From: an uncultured delta proteobacterium
GTDB lineage: Bacteria > Myxococcota_A > Polyangia > Polyangiales > Polyangiaceae
Assembly (NCBI GenBank): GCA_963782055.1
Contig: CAWAIF010000003.1
Span: 1,728,001 to 1,792,000, forward strand
Length of the DNA: 64,000 bases
Reading direction: 5' to 3'
Part shown: positions 40,209 through 49,391 of the stretch, in pieces
How the letters are laid out: every line of letters begins with the position of its first letter
How positions within the stretch are numbered: the stretch's first letter is position 1
Position numbers and translations under genes: made by a program
The notes under the pieces: generated by a model
Told to the model about the DNA's origin: nothing
Seen by the model: the letters and a program-made list of their open reading frames with translations, nothing else
Database searches by the model: none

Positions 40209-41234
40209 TCACTGCCGCGTGAAGGCGCCGTCGCCGGAGGAGACGAGGACCACGTCGCCGTCACGGGAGGTGTCCCAGAGCCGGTCGCTCGCCGGGACCA
40301 TCTTCCAGCTCGCGTCGTCCGCGTCGTCGCACTTGTTCGCGTCGTAGGCGCGGAGGGGCGCGCCGGTGCCGCCCAGCTCGGCGCTCAGCCGCCGCACCAC
40401 CGCCGCGCGCGGGTGGCAGTACTCCCGGTTGAGCCCCTCGTGCGGCTTGCCCGAAGAGATCACCGCGTAGCGAGGGGCCACCTCCCGCAGGAAGGCGTCG
40501 CCGCTGGAGGTGGAGCTGCCGTGGTGGCCGACCTGGAGCACCGTCGCCGGGCGCGCCGGCAGCCTGCGCTCCAGCGGCGTCTCCGCGTCGCCCACGAAGA
40601 GCGCCGACGACGCGCAGTCGTCCACCCGCAGCGCGATGGAGCACTCGTTCGGGTCGCGCCGGCACGCGCCCGGCCACGCGCGCGGCAGCACGGTGCTCAC
40701 GCCGGCGAGCGGCGGGACGAGCGCCGGGTGATCCGGGTCCACCACCTCCACCGGAGTCCCCGCGCGCGCCGCCGCCTCCCGCGCCGCGCGCACGTGCGCC
40801 TTGTCCAGGTCGCGCCCGTTGTCCACGTAGCGCAGCACGTGGAAGCGTCCGAGCACGTCCGGGGCGCCCCCGTCGTGGTCTGAGTGCTGGTGGGTGATCC
40901 ACAAAAGGTCGATGGGCGCGCCGCGCAGGTCGGCGGTCAGCCGGTCGAGCAGGTGGGTGTGGGCGTGAGCGCAGACGTCCGCGCAGCCGCCGCGCGCGGG
41001 GCTGTCGCCGGCGTCCACCAGCACGTGCCGGCCGGAGGGCAGGTCGACGAGCACCGAGAGCCCCTGCCCCACGTCGTAGAAGTGCAGGCGAAGCACCCCG
41101 CACGTCGCGGTGGGCGCGTGCCTCGCGGCGGGACCCACGGTGGCGGCGGGGGCACGCGCCGGGGGCGTGGCGCCGCCCGCCGTGCACGCGAGCGCGCAGA
41201 GAAGAAGCAGGAGCAGCGGCGGGGCCGGGCGCAC
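40209..41234 (-). CDS. ComEC/Rec2-like MBL-fold metallohydrolase, secreted or lipoprotein
   Basis: FYDVGQG, LVDAG, THQHSDHDGG, NECSI, FVGDAE, GHHGS and AVISSG; N-terminal hydrophobic signal. Confidence 0.87.
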   Translation of the reverse strand: MRPAPPLLLLLLCALACTAGGATPPARAPAATVGPAARHAPTATCGVLRLHFYDVGQGLSVLVDLPSGRHVLVDAGDSPARGGCADVCAHAHTHLLDRLTADLRGAPIDLLWITHQHSDHDGGAPDVLGRFHVLRYVDNGRDLDKAHVRAAREAAARAGTPVEVVDPDHPALVPPLAGVSTVLPRAWPGACRRDPNECSIALRVDDCASSALFVGDAETPLERRLPARPATVLQVGHHGSSTSSGDAFLREVAPRYAVISSGKPHEGLNREYCHPRAAVVRRLSAELGGTGAPLRAYDANKCDDADDASWKMVPASDRLWDTSRDGDVVLVSSGDGAFTRQ

Positions 41235-41281
41235 CCGAGCAGCCTATCCGTCTGTCCGTCGCAGGGAAAAGATTCGCGAGA

Positions 41282-41851
41282 TCAGCCGGCCAGGACGATG
41301 TCCACGCGGCGGTCCTCCGACCAGGCCGCCTGCGAGGAGCCTGCCGAGTCGAGCTCCCCGCGTGACGTCTCGTGCACGCGTGTCGACTCGACGCCGGCGT
41401 TCTCCAGATAGGCGCTCACCGTGTGCGCGCGGTGCGCGCCGAGCACGAAGTTGTACTCGACGGTGCCGCGCGGGTCGGCGCGCCCGACGAGGGTGACCCG
41501 GCGCCCCGCCAGGGGGCCGGAGGTGAGGCACGCGGCAATCTGGTCCAGCACCGCCTTGTCCTGCGGCATCAAGTCGCTCTCGTCGTACTGGAACTTCGGT
41601 GCGCCGGAGACCTCGTCGAAGTGCAGGCCACAGGCCTGGATGATGTCGTCGCCCACGTTGAGGCTCGCGCTCAGGTTCTTGAGAGTGACCGGATCCGGCT
41701 TCGCCTTCGCCTCGGCGGCGGGCTTGGGTGCTGCGACGGGGGGCGCGGCCACCTTGCCGGTGGACGGCGGGGGGCCCATCGGCGCCTTGGCGCAACCGGC
41801 GGCGAGGAGGACGGCGACGACGCTCGAGAAGATGGTGACCGTGTGCTTCAT
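41282..41851 (-). CDS. OmpA-family (Pal-like) peptidoglycan-binding lipoprotein
   Basis: Lipobox AAGC; FQYDESDL, GRADPRGTVEYNFVLGAHRA, SRGE and DRRVDI. Confidence 0.9.
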   Translation of the reverse strand: MKHTVTIFSSVVAVLLAAGCAKAPMGPPPSTGKVAAPPVAAPKPAAEAKAKPDPVTLKNLSASLNVGDDIIQACGLHFDEVSGAPKFQYDESDLMPQDKAVLDQIAACLTSGPLAGRRVTLVGRADPRGTVEYNFVLGAHRAHTVSAYLENAGVESTRVHETSRGELDSAGSSQAAWSEDRRVDIVLAG

Positions 41852-42094
41852 GACTGGCTCCTGAACCATGGCTGGGCCGGCCGCGGCCCCGTCGGTACAA
41901 CGCTCCCGCGCGGCGCGGTGTTCCCGCACCGAGGTCCGGCCGCAGGCTGGCCGATAGCCCGAAGAGCACGATGACGCGTGCCTCCGAAGGCTGGAGAGCA
42001 ACGGTAGGATCGGCTGCGCGCCGCGGCCAAGAAAGCGGCTGGCGCGGCCGGGGGGAGATGACAGCGGGCCGACCGTTCTGCCAGACTGCGCCGA

Positions 42095-42553
42095 ATGGGC
42101 AAGGACACGCCGCCGGCCGTCGCGCTCGACCCGACCCTCACCTTCATGCGGCTGCTCTGGGCGGTCGATCATGGTCTGCAATCGCACTCCAAGCGCATGG
42201 CCGTCACCCGCGGCGTCACCGGCCCGCAGCGCTTCGTGCTGCGGCTGGTCGACATGCGGCCGGGCATCGCGCCGAGCGAGATCGCCGAGGTGCTTCACTT
42301 CGATCGCAGCACGGTCTCCGGCATCCTTCGCCGCCTGGAGACGCGCGGGCTCCTGCACCGCGTCCCCGACCCGGCCGACGGCCGGCGCGTCAAGCTCACC
42401 CTCTCCCCCCGCGGACGCAAAACCGCGCGCGACACGACAGGCTCGCCCGAGGAGCGCGTGCGCGCCGCCCTGCGGTCCATGCGCACCCCGCGCGTGGAGG
42501 TGGCGAAGGAAGTGCTCGACGCCATCGCCCAGGCGCTGCAAGCGGGCGGTTGA
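42095..42553 (+). CDS. MarR-family transcriptional regulator
   Basis: GVTGPQRFVLR, EIAEVLHFDRSTVSGILRRLE and DGRRVKLTLSPRG. Confidence 0.9.
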   Translation: MGKDTPPAVALDPTLTFMRLLWAVDHGLQSHSKRMAVTRGVTGPQRFVLRLVDMRPGIAPSEIAEVLHFDRSTVSGILRRLETRGLLHRVPDPADGRRVKLTLSPRGRKTARDTTGSPEERVRAALRSMRTPRVEVAKEVLDAIAQALQAGG

Positions 42554-42585
42554 CGGTGCGCGCGGGGCCGTGACACGCTTGCAGA

Positions 42586-42981
42586 ATGCACCTACTCCAC
42601 TCCGTGCGCCGCGCGGTCCTCGCCGCGCCGCTCCCGCTCCTCCTCCTCGGCTGCGCCCCGCTCGACGTCGCCGGGAGCTGGCAGGGGACCTGGCGGCTGG
42701 ATGACGGCAGCGCGAGCGGCGCCATCACGCTCGACGTCTCGCAGAGCGGCCGCAACCTGAGCGGCAACTTCTCCCTGGGAGGATCCTTCTGCGTCGCCAG
42801 CGGCACGATCGACGGCACCCTCGCCGCGCACCTGATCGACGTGACGCTCAGCAACGGCGTGGGCGGCAACGCCCACCTCACCGGCACCGTCGACTCCAAC
42901 GAGACCGCGATGGACGGCAACTTCAAGGTCACCAGCGGGCTCTGCAACGGCCAGAGCGGCAACTTTCACGTGACGCGCTGA
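42586..42981 (+). CDS. Small beta-barrel lipoprotein
   Basis: Lipobox LLGC; DVAGSWQGTW and G-rich strands; TTGACG-N18-CACGCT-N6-ATG upstream. Confidence 0.75.
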   Translation: MHLLHSVRRAVLAAPLPLLLLGCAPLDVAGSWQGTWRLDDGSASGAITLDVSQSGRNLSGNFSLGGSFCVASGTIDGTLAAHLIDVTLSNGVGGNAHLTGTVDSNETAMDGNFKVTSGLCNGQSGNFHVTR

Positions 42982-42996
42982 GCTCGCGCGCCGGCG

Positions 42997-44052
42997 TCAC
43001 ATCCGCTCGACGTCGTAGCCGGCCTTCTTCAGCAGGGAGACCACGCTCCCGTCGTCGCCGAGCAGGTGCGCGGCGCCGACGGCCAGCAGGAAGGACCGCT
43101 TCGGCTGCGCCTTGAGCCGGGCCGCGAAGCGCTTCGCCATGACCGCGTTGCGGTTGGTCACCAGGCGCCGGTAGAGCTTCACGTCCAGCGGCTTGGACTT
43201 GTCGAAGCCGGCGTTGAGCAGCGCGAGCAGCGGCGTGGCGTCGCCCTTCACGTAGGCCTCGATGAGGTCATGGACCTCGTCCTTGTGCTCCTTCTTCGCC
43301 TTGTCGCGCTCGTCGAGGGCCTGCTCCAGCACGCGCACCTGCTCCTTCGTCGTGAGCCCGTCGAAGACGGCCATCTGCTCCGACACCGTCTCGATGCCCC
43401 CGACCTCCTTCTTCTCGTCCTGGGCGCGCGCGTAGATCCGCGCGTCGAGCGGCTTGCCGTTCATCATGTCCGTCAGGTGGTCCAGCATGGCGATCTGCGC
43501 GGCGATGGCCCACACCTTGACGTGCGACATCGCCTGGAAGGGGACGCCCTTCTCGTCGAAGGCCGCCTTGGTGCGCGCGAGCAGCGGGGCGGGGACGATC
43601 TTGGAGAGGGTCTGGCCCGGCGGCAGCACCACCTGGCCCATCACCGACATCTGCGTCTTGGAGTCCATGGGGATCTCGGTCAGCACGACGTCGGCGCCCT
43701 TGACCGCGGCCTCCAGCGCAGGCGGGAAGGCGGCGAGGCGGGAGTCGGGGATGTGGATGGTGCCCACGAGGTAGGAGGCCGTGGCGCCGGCGGGGGCGCC
43801 GTGCGGGGTCACCTTCCAGAGGAAGGGGTGCTGCCAGGCCTGCGCGGTCGTGGTCGCGGTCGCGTCGCCCGCGGCGGAGTTGGCCGGCGCGGCGGAGGGC
43901 GCCGCGGACGGCGGGGGCGCGGGCGTGGTGGTCGCCGCGCTGGGCGAGGCGGCGGGCGGCGCGGGGGAGGCCTTCTCGGCGCGGCAGCCCACGACGAGGG
44001 CGGCGAGAAGAGTGCAGACTGCAAATACCCCGGCCCAGGTGGTTTGGCGCAT
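42997..44052 (-). CDS. TraB/GumN-family lipoprotein
   Basis: FLWKV, YLVGTIH, GIETVSEQ, LVTNRNAVM and LAVGAAHLLG. Confidence 0.9.
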   Translation of the reverse strand: MRQTTWAGVFAVCTLLAALVVGCRAEKASPAPPAASPSAATTTPAPPPSAAPSAAPANSAAGDATATTTAQAWQHPFLWKVTPHGAPAGATASYLVGTIHIPDSRLAAFPPALEAAVKGADVVLTEIPMDSKTQMSVMGQVVLPPGQTLSKIVPAPLLARTKAAFDEKGVPFQAMSHVKVWAIAAQIAMLDHLTDMMNGKPLDARIYARAQDEKKEVGGIETVSEQMAVFDGLTTKEQVRVLEQALDERDKAKKEHKDEVHDLIEAYVKGDATPLLALLNAGFDKSKPLDVKLYRRLVTNRNAVMAKRFAARLKAQPKRSFLLAVGAAHLLGDDGSVVSLLKKAGYDVERM

Positions 44053-44066
44053 CGCGCGAGCGTAGC

Positions 44067-46964
44067 TCAGCGCCGGCGCGCGTAGGTGCCCGTCGTGGCG
44101 TCCCACGCGTGCTCCGCCACGACCGTGACGCCCCGGCCGGCGGCGAGGTCCGCCTTGCGCGGACGGAAGCCCTCGGTCAGCGGGATCTTCGTCACCTGCA
44201 GGACGCGGCGGGGCCGCTCGTGGGGGGCGAGCGCGGCGGCGAGCCCGGCGAGGCGCTCGGCGTCCACCTCCCCCTGCGCGGTGAAGGCGGCGGCGAGCTC
44301 GGCCTCGACCCCCCAGCAGGCCGCGAGCTCCACCTCGGGCAGCGCGTAGAAGGCATCCTCCACCTTGCGCGTGGAGACCGGGCCGCCGGCGGTGCGCACG
44401 AAGCCCCAGAGCGCGTCGATGAACCACGCGTCGCCGTCGGCGTCGCGCCGGACCACGTCGCCGGTCACGAACCAGCGGTCCTGCTCGAGCAGCACGCCCC
44501 GGATCACCGCCTCCGGCCGCGCCTCCTCGTCGTCCTCCAGCCGCGCGGCGAGCAGCCCGGGCTCGCCCGTCGCCGCGATGATCGGGCGTCCGCGCGCGTC
44601 GCGGGTGATCTCGCCGGTGCCCAGGTCACACGCGAGCACGACGACCGGCGCGCTCCCGGGCAGCGGTCGCCCGAGCGCGCCGACCTTGCCGCCGGCGACG
44701 CTCGCCAGGATCACCTTGTGCGCGGTGCCGGCGTAGAACTCCATCGCCGGGACGCCCATACGCTCGCGCAGGCGCGCGGCGAGGTCAGCGCGCATGCCGC
44801 TGCCGGCGAAGAGGCGCACCGGCAGCGTCTTGTCCCCGCGGCTGGGCGGCTGGAAGAGCAGCGCGCGCAGCATCTCCCCGGCGTAGAAGACGACCGTCGC
44901 TCCGGCGCGCCGCACGTCGGCGTCGAAGGTGGCGGGCGTGAAGTGCTCGGCCAGCGCCAGGCGTACGCCGCCGGCGATGGCGGCGCCCACCGAGGCGAGC
45001 ACGCCCGTCGGGTGGTGGAGCGGGATGCAGCAGTAGACGGTGTCGCCGGGCTTGAGCGTGCACGCCGCCGCCGCGCCGAAGGCGGAGAGCGCCCAGCGGT
45101 GGTTGGTGACCGCCGCGGCGCGCAGCTCGCCGCGGTCCCCCGGGCGGAGCAGGATCATCGAGAGGTCCCGCGCGCGTCCGGCGTCCAGCGCGATCTCCGC
45201 GGGGAGCACGACCGTGGACGGGTCGATCGTCTCCATGTCCACCAGGCCCGGCGGCAGCGTGCGCGGCCCCGGCCCGCCGCCCAGCACCAGCACCTCCTTG
45301 CCCGTCGCCGCGCGAACCCGCGGCGCGTGCTCCGGGTCGGACGCGACGACGCCCACCTTCGCCTCCTCGAACGCCGCGGCGATCGCCGCGCTCGTCGCGT
45401 CGACCGGGGCGACCACCGCGACCGCGCCCACGCGCGAGAGCGCCGTCACCATCGAGAGGAAGCTCGGGCGCGAGCCCATCACCACGCCCACGCGATCCCC
45501 GGGCCGTACGCCGCAGGAGATCAGGCCGCGCGCCACGTTGCCGACGCGCGTGTCGGCGTCGCGGTAGGAGAAGGCGCGGTCGCGCCAGAGGAAGAAGGTG
45601 GCCTCCGGGTGGCGCTCCGCGCGCTCGGCGAGGACGCGCGCCGGGCTGACCGGCGTGTCCGGCTGCATCGCGCCGAGGCGCCGCAGGCGCGGCTCCTGGT
45701 AGCGCACCGCGTCCATCACGTCGTTGGCTCCTGCCGCCATCTCGCCCAGCCGCTTCCACGCGGCGCGCGCGCCCTTGGTGACGGTGTCGAACACCATCTC
45801 CAGCTCCAGGTCGAAGTCGGCGGCCTCCAGATCGTCGGGATCGAGCGGCCGGGGCGCGCGCAGCGCGGCGGGCTCGGGGCCGGTGCCCTCTCGCCACGCG
45901 ATCCAGCCGGCGACCGCGGGCCACGTCACCTGCATCGCGCGGGATCCCACGACCAGCCCGAAGTGGCCGGCGGGGACGGTGAGGAAGGAGACGTCGGCGT
46001 ACGGTGCGGCCTGCTCGATCGCCCTCACCGCGGCGGGGCGCGCCATCTCGTCGGTGCCGCCGACGAAGGCGAGGATGGGGCACCGGATGTCGGCGAGGGT
46101 GACGGTGCGCCCGTCGATGACGAAGCCGCCCGAGAGCATGCGATTGTGGACGATGAAGTCCTCGACGAAGCTCTTGAACGCGGGGCCCGGCCACGCGACG
46201 AACCCCTCGCCGCCGAGGAAGCGCCGCCGCGCCTCCCGCCGCACCAGGGCGCTGCGATCGCTGAGCAGGCGCAGGAACTCCATGCGCTGCTGGATCTCCT
46301 TGCGGGTGCTCACCAGCTTGAAGGCGGTGCTCGTCAGCTTGCCGGGCAGGCCCTCGACGCTGTCGATGACGCGCGTCACCGCCGGCTCGAGGAGCTGCAC
46401 CAGCGCGCCCGTCAGGTCGCGACGCAGCGCGGGCAGGCTGCGGTGGATGTCCACCGGGCTGCCGAAGGTGACGACCGAGCGCACCCCGGCGCCGCGCAGG
46501 TAGGCCGCGGCCTGGTAGGCGAACATGCCGCCCTGCGAGTAGCCGACGATGTGCACGTCGCGGCTGGAGAGGGCCCGTACGCGCTCGATGCAGGCGACGA
46601 CCGCGCGCACGTGGTCGTCCAGGGTGCGCTCCATGCCGCCCTCCTCGCGCTCCGGCGCGCCGAAGTCGACGACGAAGGGGCGGACGCCGTAGCCACCGAG
46701 GGCGGTGACGGCGGAGGTGTCGGCGGCGAGGTCGTAGATCTCGGCGGTGAGCATGAGCGGCGGGACGAGCAGCGCGACCGGCGCGCCCTCACCGGCCTGC
46801 GTGGCGTAGCGGCGCAGCTTGTGGTGCGCGCCCTGGTCCACCACCTCGTACGGCGCGCCGTACTGCTCGCCGAGGCGGCCGAGGCGCGCGAGCTCCAGCG
46901 CGTTGCGCGCGGAGGAACGGAGGCGACGGCGCAGCTTGGCCAGGGCGCGGGTGCGGTTGGGCAC
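44067..46964 (-). CDS. PhaC-like alpha/beta hydrolase fused to an acyl-CoA-synthetase-like domain (Rv1683-like)
   Basis: LLVPPLM, VDFGAPE, GYSQGG, TFGSPVD and GHFGLVVG; C-terminal TNHRWALSAFG, FYAGEM and WFVTGDVVRRDADGD. Confidence 0.85.
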   Translation of the reverse strand: MPNRTRALAKLRRRLRSSARNALELARLGRLGEQYGAPYEVVDQGAHHKLRRYATQAGEGAPVALLVPPLMLTAEIYDLAADTSAVTALGGYGVRPFVVDFGAPEREEGGMERTLDDHVRAVVACIERVRALSSRDVHIVGYSQGGMFAYQAAAYLRGAGVRSVVTFGSPVDIHRSLPALRRDLTGALVQLLEPAVTRVIDSVEGLPGKLTSTAFKLVSTRKEIQQRMEFLRLLSDRSALVRREARRRFLGGEGFVAWPGPAFKSFVEDFIVHNRMLSGGFVIDGRTVTLADIRCPILAFVGGTDEMARPAAVRAIEQAAPYADVSFLTVPAGHFGLVVGSRAMQVTWPAVAGWIAWREGTGPEPAALRAPRPLDPDDLEAADFDLELEMVFDTVTKGARAAWKRLGEMAAGANDVMDAVRYQEPRLRRLGAMQPDTPVSPARVLAERAERHPEATFFLWRDRAFSYRDADTRVGNVARGLISCGVRPGDRVGVVMGSRPSFLSMVTALSRVGAVAVVAPVDATSAAIAAAFEEAKVGVVASDPEHAPRVRAATGKEVLVLGGGPGPRTLPPGLVDMETIDPSTVVLPAEIALDAGRARDLSMILLRPGDRGELRAAAVTNHRWALSAFGAAAACTLKPGDTVYCCIPLHHPTGVLASVGAAIAGGVRLALAEHFTPATFDADVRRAGATVVFYAGEMLRALLFQPPSRGDKTLPVRLFAGSGMRADLAARLRERMGVPAMEFYAGTAHKVILASVAGGKVGALGRPLPGSAPVVVLACDLGTGEITRDARGRPIIAATGEPGLLAARLEDDEEARPEAVIRGVLLEQDRWFVTGDVVRRDADGDAWFIDALWGFVRTAGGPVSTRKVEDAFYALPEVELAACWGVEAELAAAFTAQGEVDAERLAGLAAALAPHERPRRVLQVTKIPLTEGFRPRKADLAAGRGVTVVAEHAWDATTGTYARRR

Positions 46965-47024
46965 GGCGCGGCACTGTAGCAGCTCGCCCGGGGGGCGTGG
47001 CGGGGCCCGGCGCCCGCCTCGCCG

Positions 47025-47765
47025 TCACGGATCGATCACCAAGTCATAGGCGCCGTCCGGACGCTTCACCCAGTGCGTGTGCTCCTCGACGGGCACAGGC
47101 TTCGGGAAAGGGGGGTTGAGCCATGGGTGGTCGGCGCAGGCGAGCTTCTGCGAGTGCACCACGCCGTCCCCCAGGCGCACGAAGAGGAACTCGGCCGTGG
47201 GCCCCTGGAACGCCACGTGCGCGGCGACCGCGCTGTCGTCGGGGGCTGGGTCGAACTGCCAGAGGTCCTTGCGGTGAAAATCCACCTGGGTGTGATGCAC
47301 CAGATCGAAGACCACGCCGCCGGAGACGTACAGCTTGCCCCCCGCGAGCCAGCCGCTCTCGCCGCCATGGTGGAGCGCGTGCTTGACCTGGCGTCCACCG
47401 ACGACCTCCAGCAGGGTGGGATCGGAGGTGCCCATCTCGTGTTGCCACGAGTAGGTGACGGCCTCCACAGTGGCGTCGGGGCTGACCGAGCATCCCTGGG
47501 CGACGCGGCTGCCGCTCGGGGACTCGAGGCGCTTGCCGTTCACCTCGACCTCGCACCACTCGAGCACCCGCCGCCCCTTCGCCGCCTGGTACGGGTTGCC
47601 GAACTCGCGCACGGTGATGGAGCCGTGCGTGGTCACGCCGTGCGACTCGGTGGAGCAGCCGTGCGTGTAGGTGGGGGCGCAGCCCATGAGCATCCCGACG
47701 ACGACGAGCAGCGGCGTGCGGGAGCTTGGTGGGCGCGGACGGCGATGGCGTGGACGTGCGCTCAT
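47025..47765 (-). CDS. Hypothetical lipoprotein
   Basis: Basic N-region, LLVVVGMLMGC lipobox and globular body; TAGCCT lies 7 nt before the ATG. Confidence 0.65.
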   Translation of the reverse strand: MSARPRHRRPRPPSSRTPLLVVVGMLMGCAPTYTHGCSTESHGVTTHGSITVREFGNPYQAAKGRRVLEWCEVEVNGKRLESPSGSRVAQGCSVSPDATVEAVTYSWQHEMGTSDPTLLEVVGGRQVKHALHHGGESGWLAGGKLYVSGGVVFDLVHHTQVDFHRKDLWQFDPAPDDSAVAAHVAFQGPTAEFLFVRLGDGVVHSQKLACADHPWLNPPFPKPVPVEEHTHWVKRPDGAYDLVIDP

Positions 47766-47861
47766 CGCCCCGAGGCTACCGCAAGACGCGCCGCCAGCGT
47801 GTGAACCCCGAGGTGGCGTCCGGCCGGCTGGATCAGAAGCGCCCGACCTTACCGCGGTCGG

Positions 47862-49265
47862 TCAGCTCCCCTTCAGCGCGATGACCTTGCCCGGACCGAA
47901 GCCGCCGATGGACGCGGGGGGCGAGTCGATCACGTAGACCATGTCGCCGACGAGGACAGGATCGTGCACGGCGCCGGCGGCGCCGGTGATCTTGCCGTGC
48001 CACTGGTCCTCGCCCGTCGTGAGGGAGAGCACGTGGACGCCGTCGCTGCCCGTGACCACCAGCGTGCCGCTGGGGACGGCCGCGGCGAGGGAGGTCGCGA
48101 TGGCGGCGCCGAGGTACTGCGTGCCGCTGCACCCGTTGGTGATGGTCATCGTGTAGGCGCGCGCGGCGGCCCCGGGCACGGGGGTCGCCCACTTCGGCTC
48201 ACCGGACTTGGCGTCGAAGGCCGACACCCCGGCGGAGCCCGCGGCGATCACCAGCCCGGCGGCGATGACCGGTGCCTGCGCGCCCGCGCCCGCGAGCGGC
48301 TGGGACCACGCCTTCGCGCCGTCGGCCTGGCTGCGCGCAACGACCTCGCCGCCCTCCACCAGGTACAGCAGGCCGTCGGCGGCGCTCAGGGTGCTCGCGG
48401 GCTTCGCGGGGACGTTCCACTTCGGCTTGCCCGTCGCGGCGTCGAACGCATAGACGCCCGACGCGAAGGTGGGTTGCACCGACGAGCCGGTCGCGTAGCT
48501 GGGCGCGTAGAAGAGCACGCCGGCGTCCAGCGCGATGCCGCCCATCTGGTCGGAGAGGGCGTCGCCGCACTTGGTCCCCTGCTCGTTGCCCTTCCACGTC
48601 GTCTTCGCCGCGGAGCTCAGCTCGCCGACGAAGAGGCCCGGGCCGTCGGACTTGGAGGTGTTGGCGAACCACACGCCGCCGCTCGTGTCGGCGATGGACT
48701 GCCCCCACCAGTCGACCCCGGTGCCCACGCTCTTCTTCCCGGTGGCGAGGTCGAGGAAGTAGGCCCCGTCGTCCTGCACCACCAGGTTGGCGCCGCTGAC
48801 CGTCGCCCAGTTGCCCATGTTGGCGTCGCTGCCGCTGTCCCAGGTCCAGACGCGCTGGCCCTGCGGCGAGACCTTGTCCGCGGCGGTGGTGCCGATGTAC
48901 TGCCCGTCGGAGGCGGCCCACTGCAGGTACACCGCGTCGGTGGCGGCGAGCGCGTGGTGGACCGCGTTCACGGTGTGGTTCGCCGGGGGCGCCGGCGCGT
49001 ACGTCCAGGAGGGCGCGAGCGGACCCTTGATGCAGGCGTCGGACGCGAAGGTCCGCTGGCCGTCGTGTCCGTAGGTGAGCCACGCGCCGGTGCCGCACGC
49101 GGGGGGCGGCGGGGCGTCGGGTGAGGCGTCGGTCGCGGCGTCGCCGGCGGCGTCGCCGCCGGTCGCGTCGGGCGCGGTCCCCGCGTCGTCCGGCTGCGTC
49201 GTGTCGCTGCCGCAGCCGAGCACCACCACGCAGAGCACGCACAGAAGGCGAGGCGTCATCGACAT
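47862..49265 (-). CDS. PQQ-like (BamB-type) beta-propeller lipoprotein
   Basis: Lipobox VLGC, DAG linker, WLTYGHDGQRT and repeated AFDAxTGxxKW. Confidence 0.85.
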   Translation of the reverse strand: MSMTPRLLCVLCVVVLGCGSDTTQPDDAGTAPDATGGDAAGDAATDASPDAPPPPACGTGAWLTYGHDGQRTFASDACIKGPLAPSWTYAPAPPANHTVNAVHHALAATDAVYLQWAASDGQYIGTTAADKVSPQGQRVWTWDSGSDANMGNWATVSGANLVVQDDGAYFLDLATGKKSVGTGVDWWGQSIADTSGGVWFANTSKSDGPGLFVGELSSAAKTTWKGNEQGTKCGDALSDQMGGIALDAGVLFYAPSYATGSSVQPTFASGVYAFDAATGKPKWNVPAKPASTLSAADGLLYLVEGGEVVARSQADGAKAWSQPLAGAGAQAPVIAAGLVIAAGSAGVSAFDAKSGEPKWATPVPGAAARAYTMTITNGCSGTQYLGAAIATSLAAAVPSGTLVVTGSDGVHVLSLTTGEDQWHGKITGAAGAVHDPVLVGDMVYVIDSPPASIGGFGPGKVIALKGS

Positions 49266-49271
49266 GGTCCG

Positions 49272-49300
49272 ATGGAAAACGCGGCCTGGCGCGCTGTCAA
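49272..49300 (-). promoter_or_regulatory. Sigma70-type promoter abutting the start codon (leaderless)
   Basis: TTGACA-N17-TTCCAT-N6-ATG (49265). Confidence 0.65.
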
Positions 49301-49391
49301 TCGGCGGCCCGACCGGGCGGCGCGCCACCGCGCCGCGGCCGCGCACCCCCCTGTCCGCGCGCGGAGGCGTGCGGTAAAAGAAGCCGGCGCG

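Noticed and set aside
42997..44052. TraB name suggesting conjugation or myxobacterial TraAB outer-membrane exchange
   Set aside because: The motifs are of the TraB/GumN (Tiki-like) metalloprotease family, which is unrelated to those systems.
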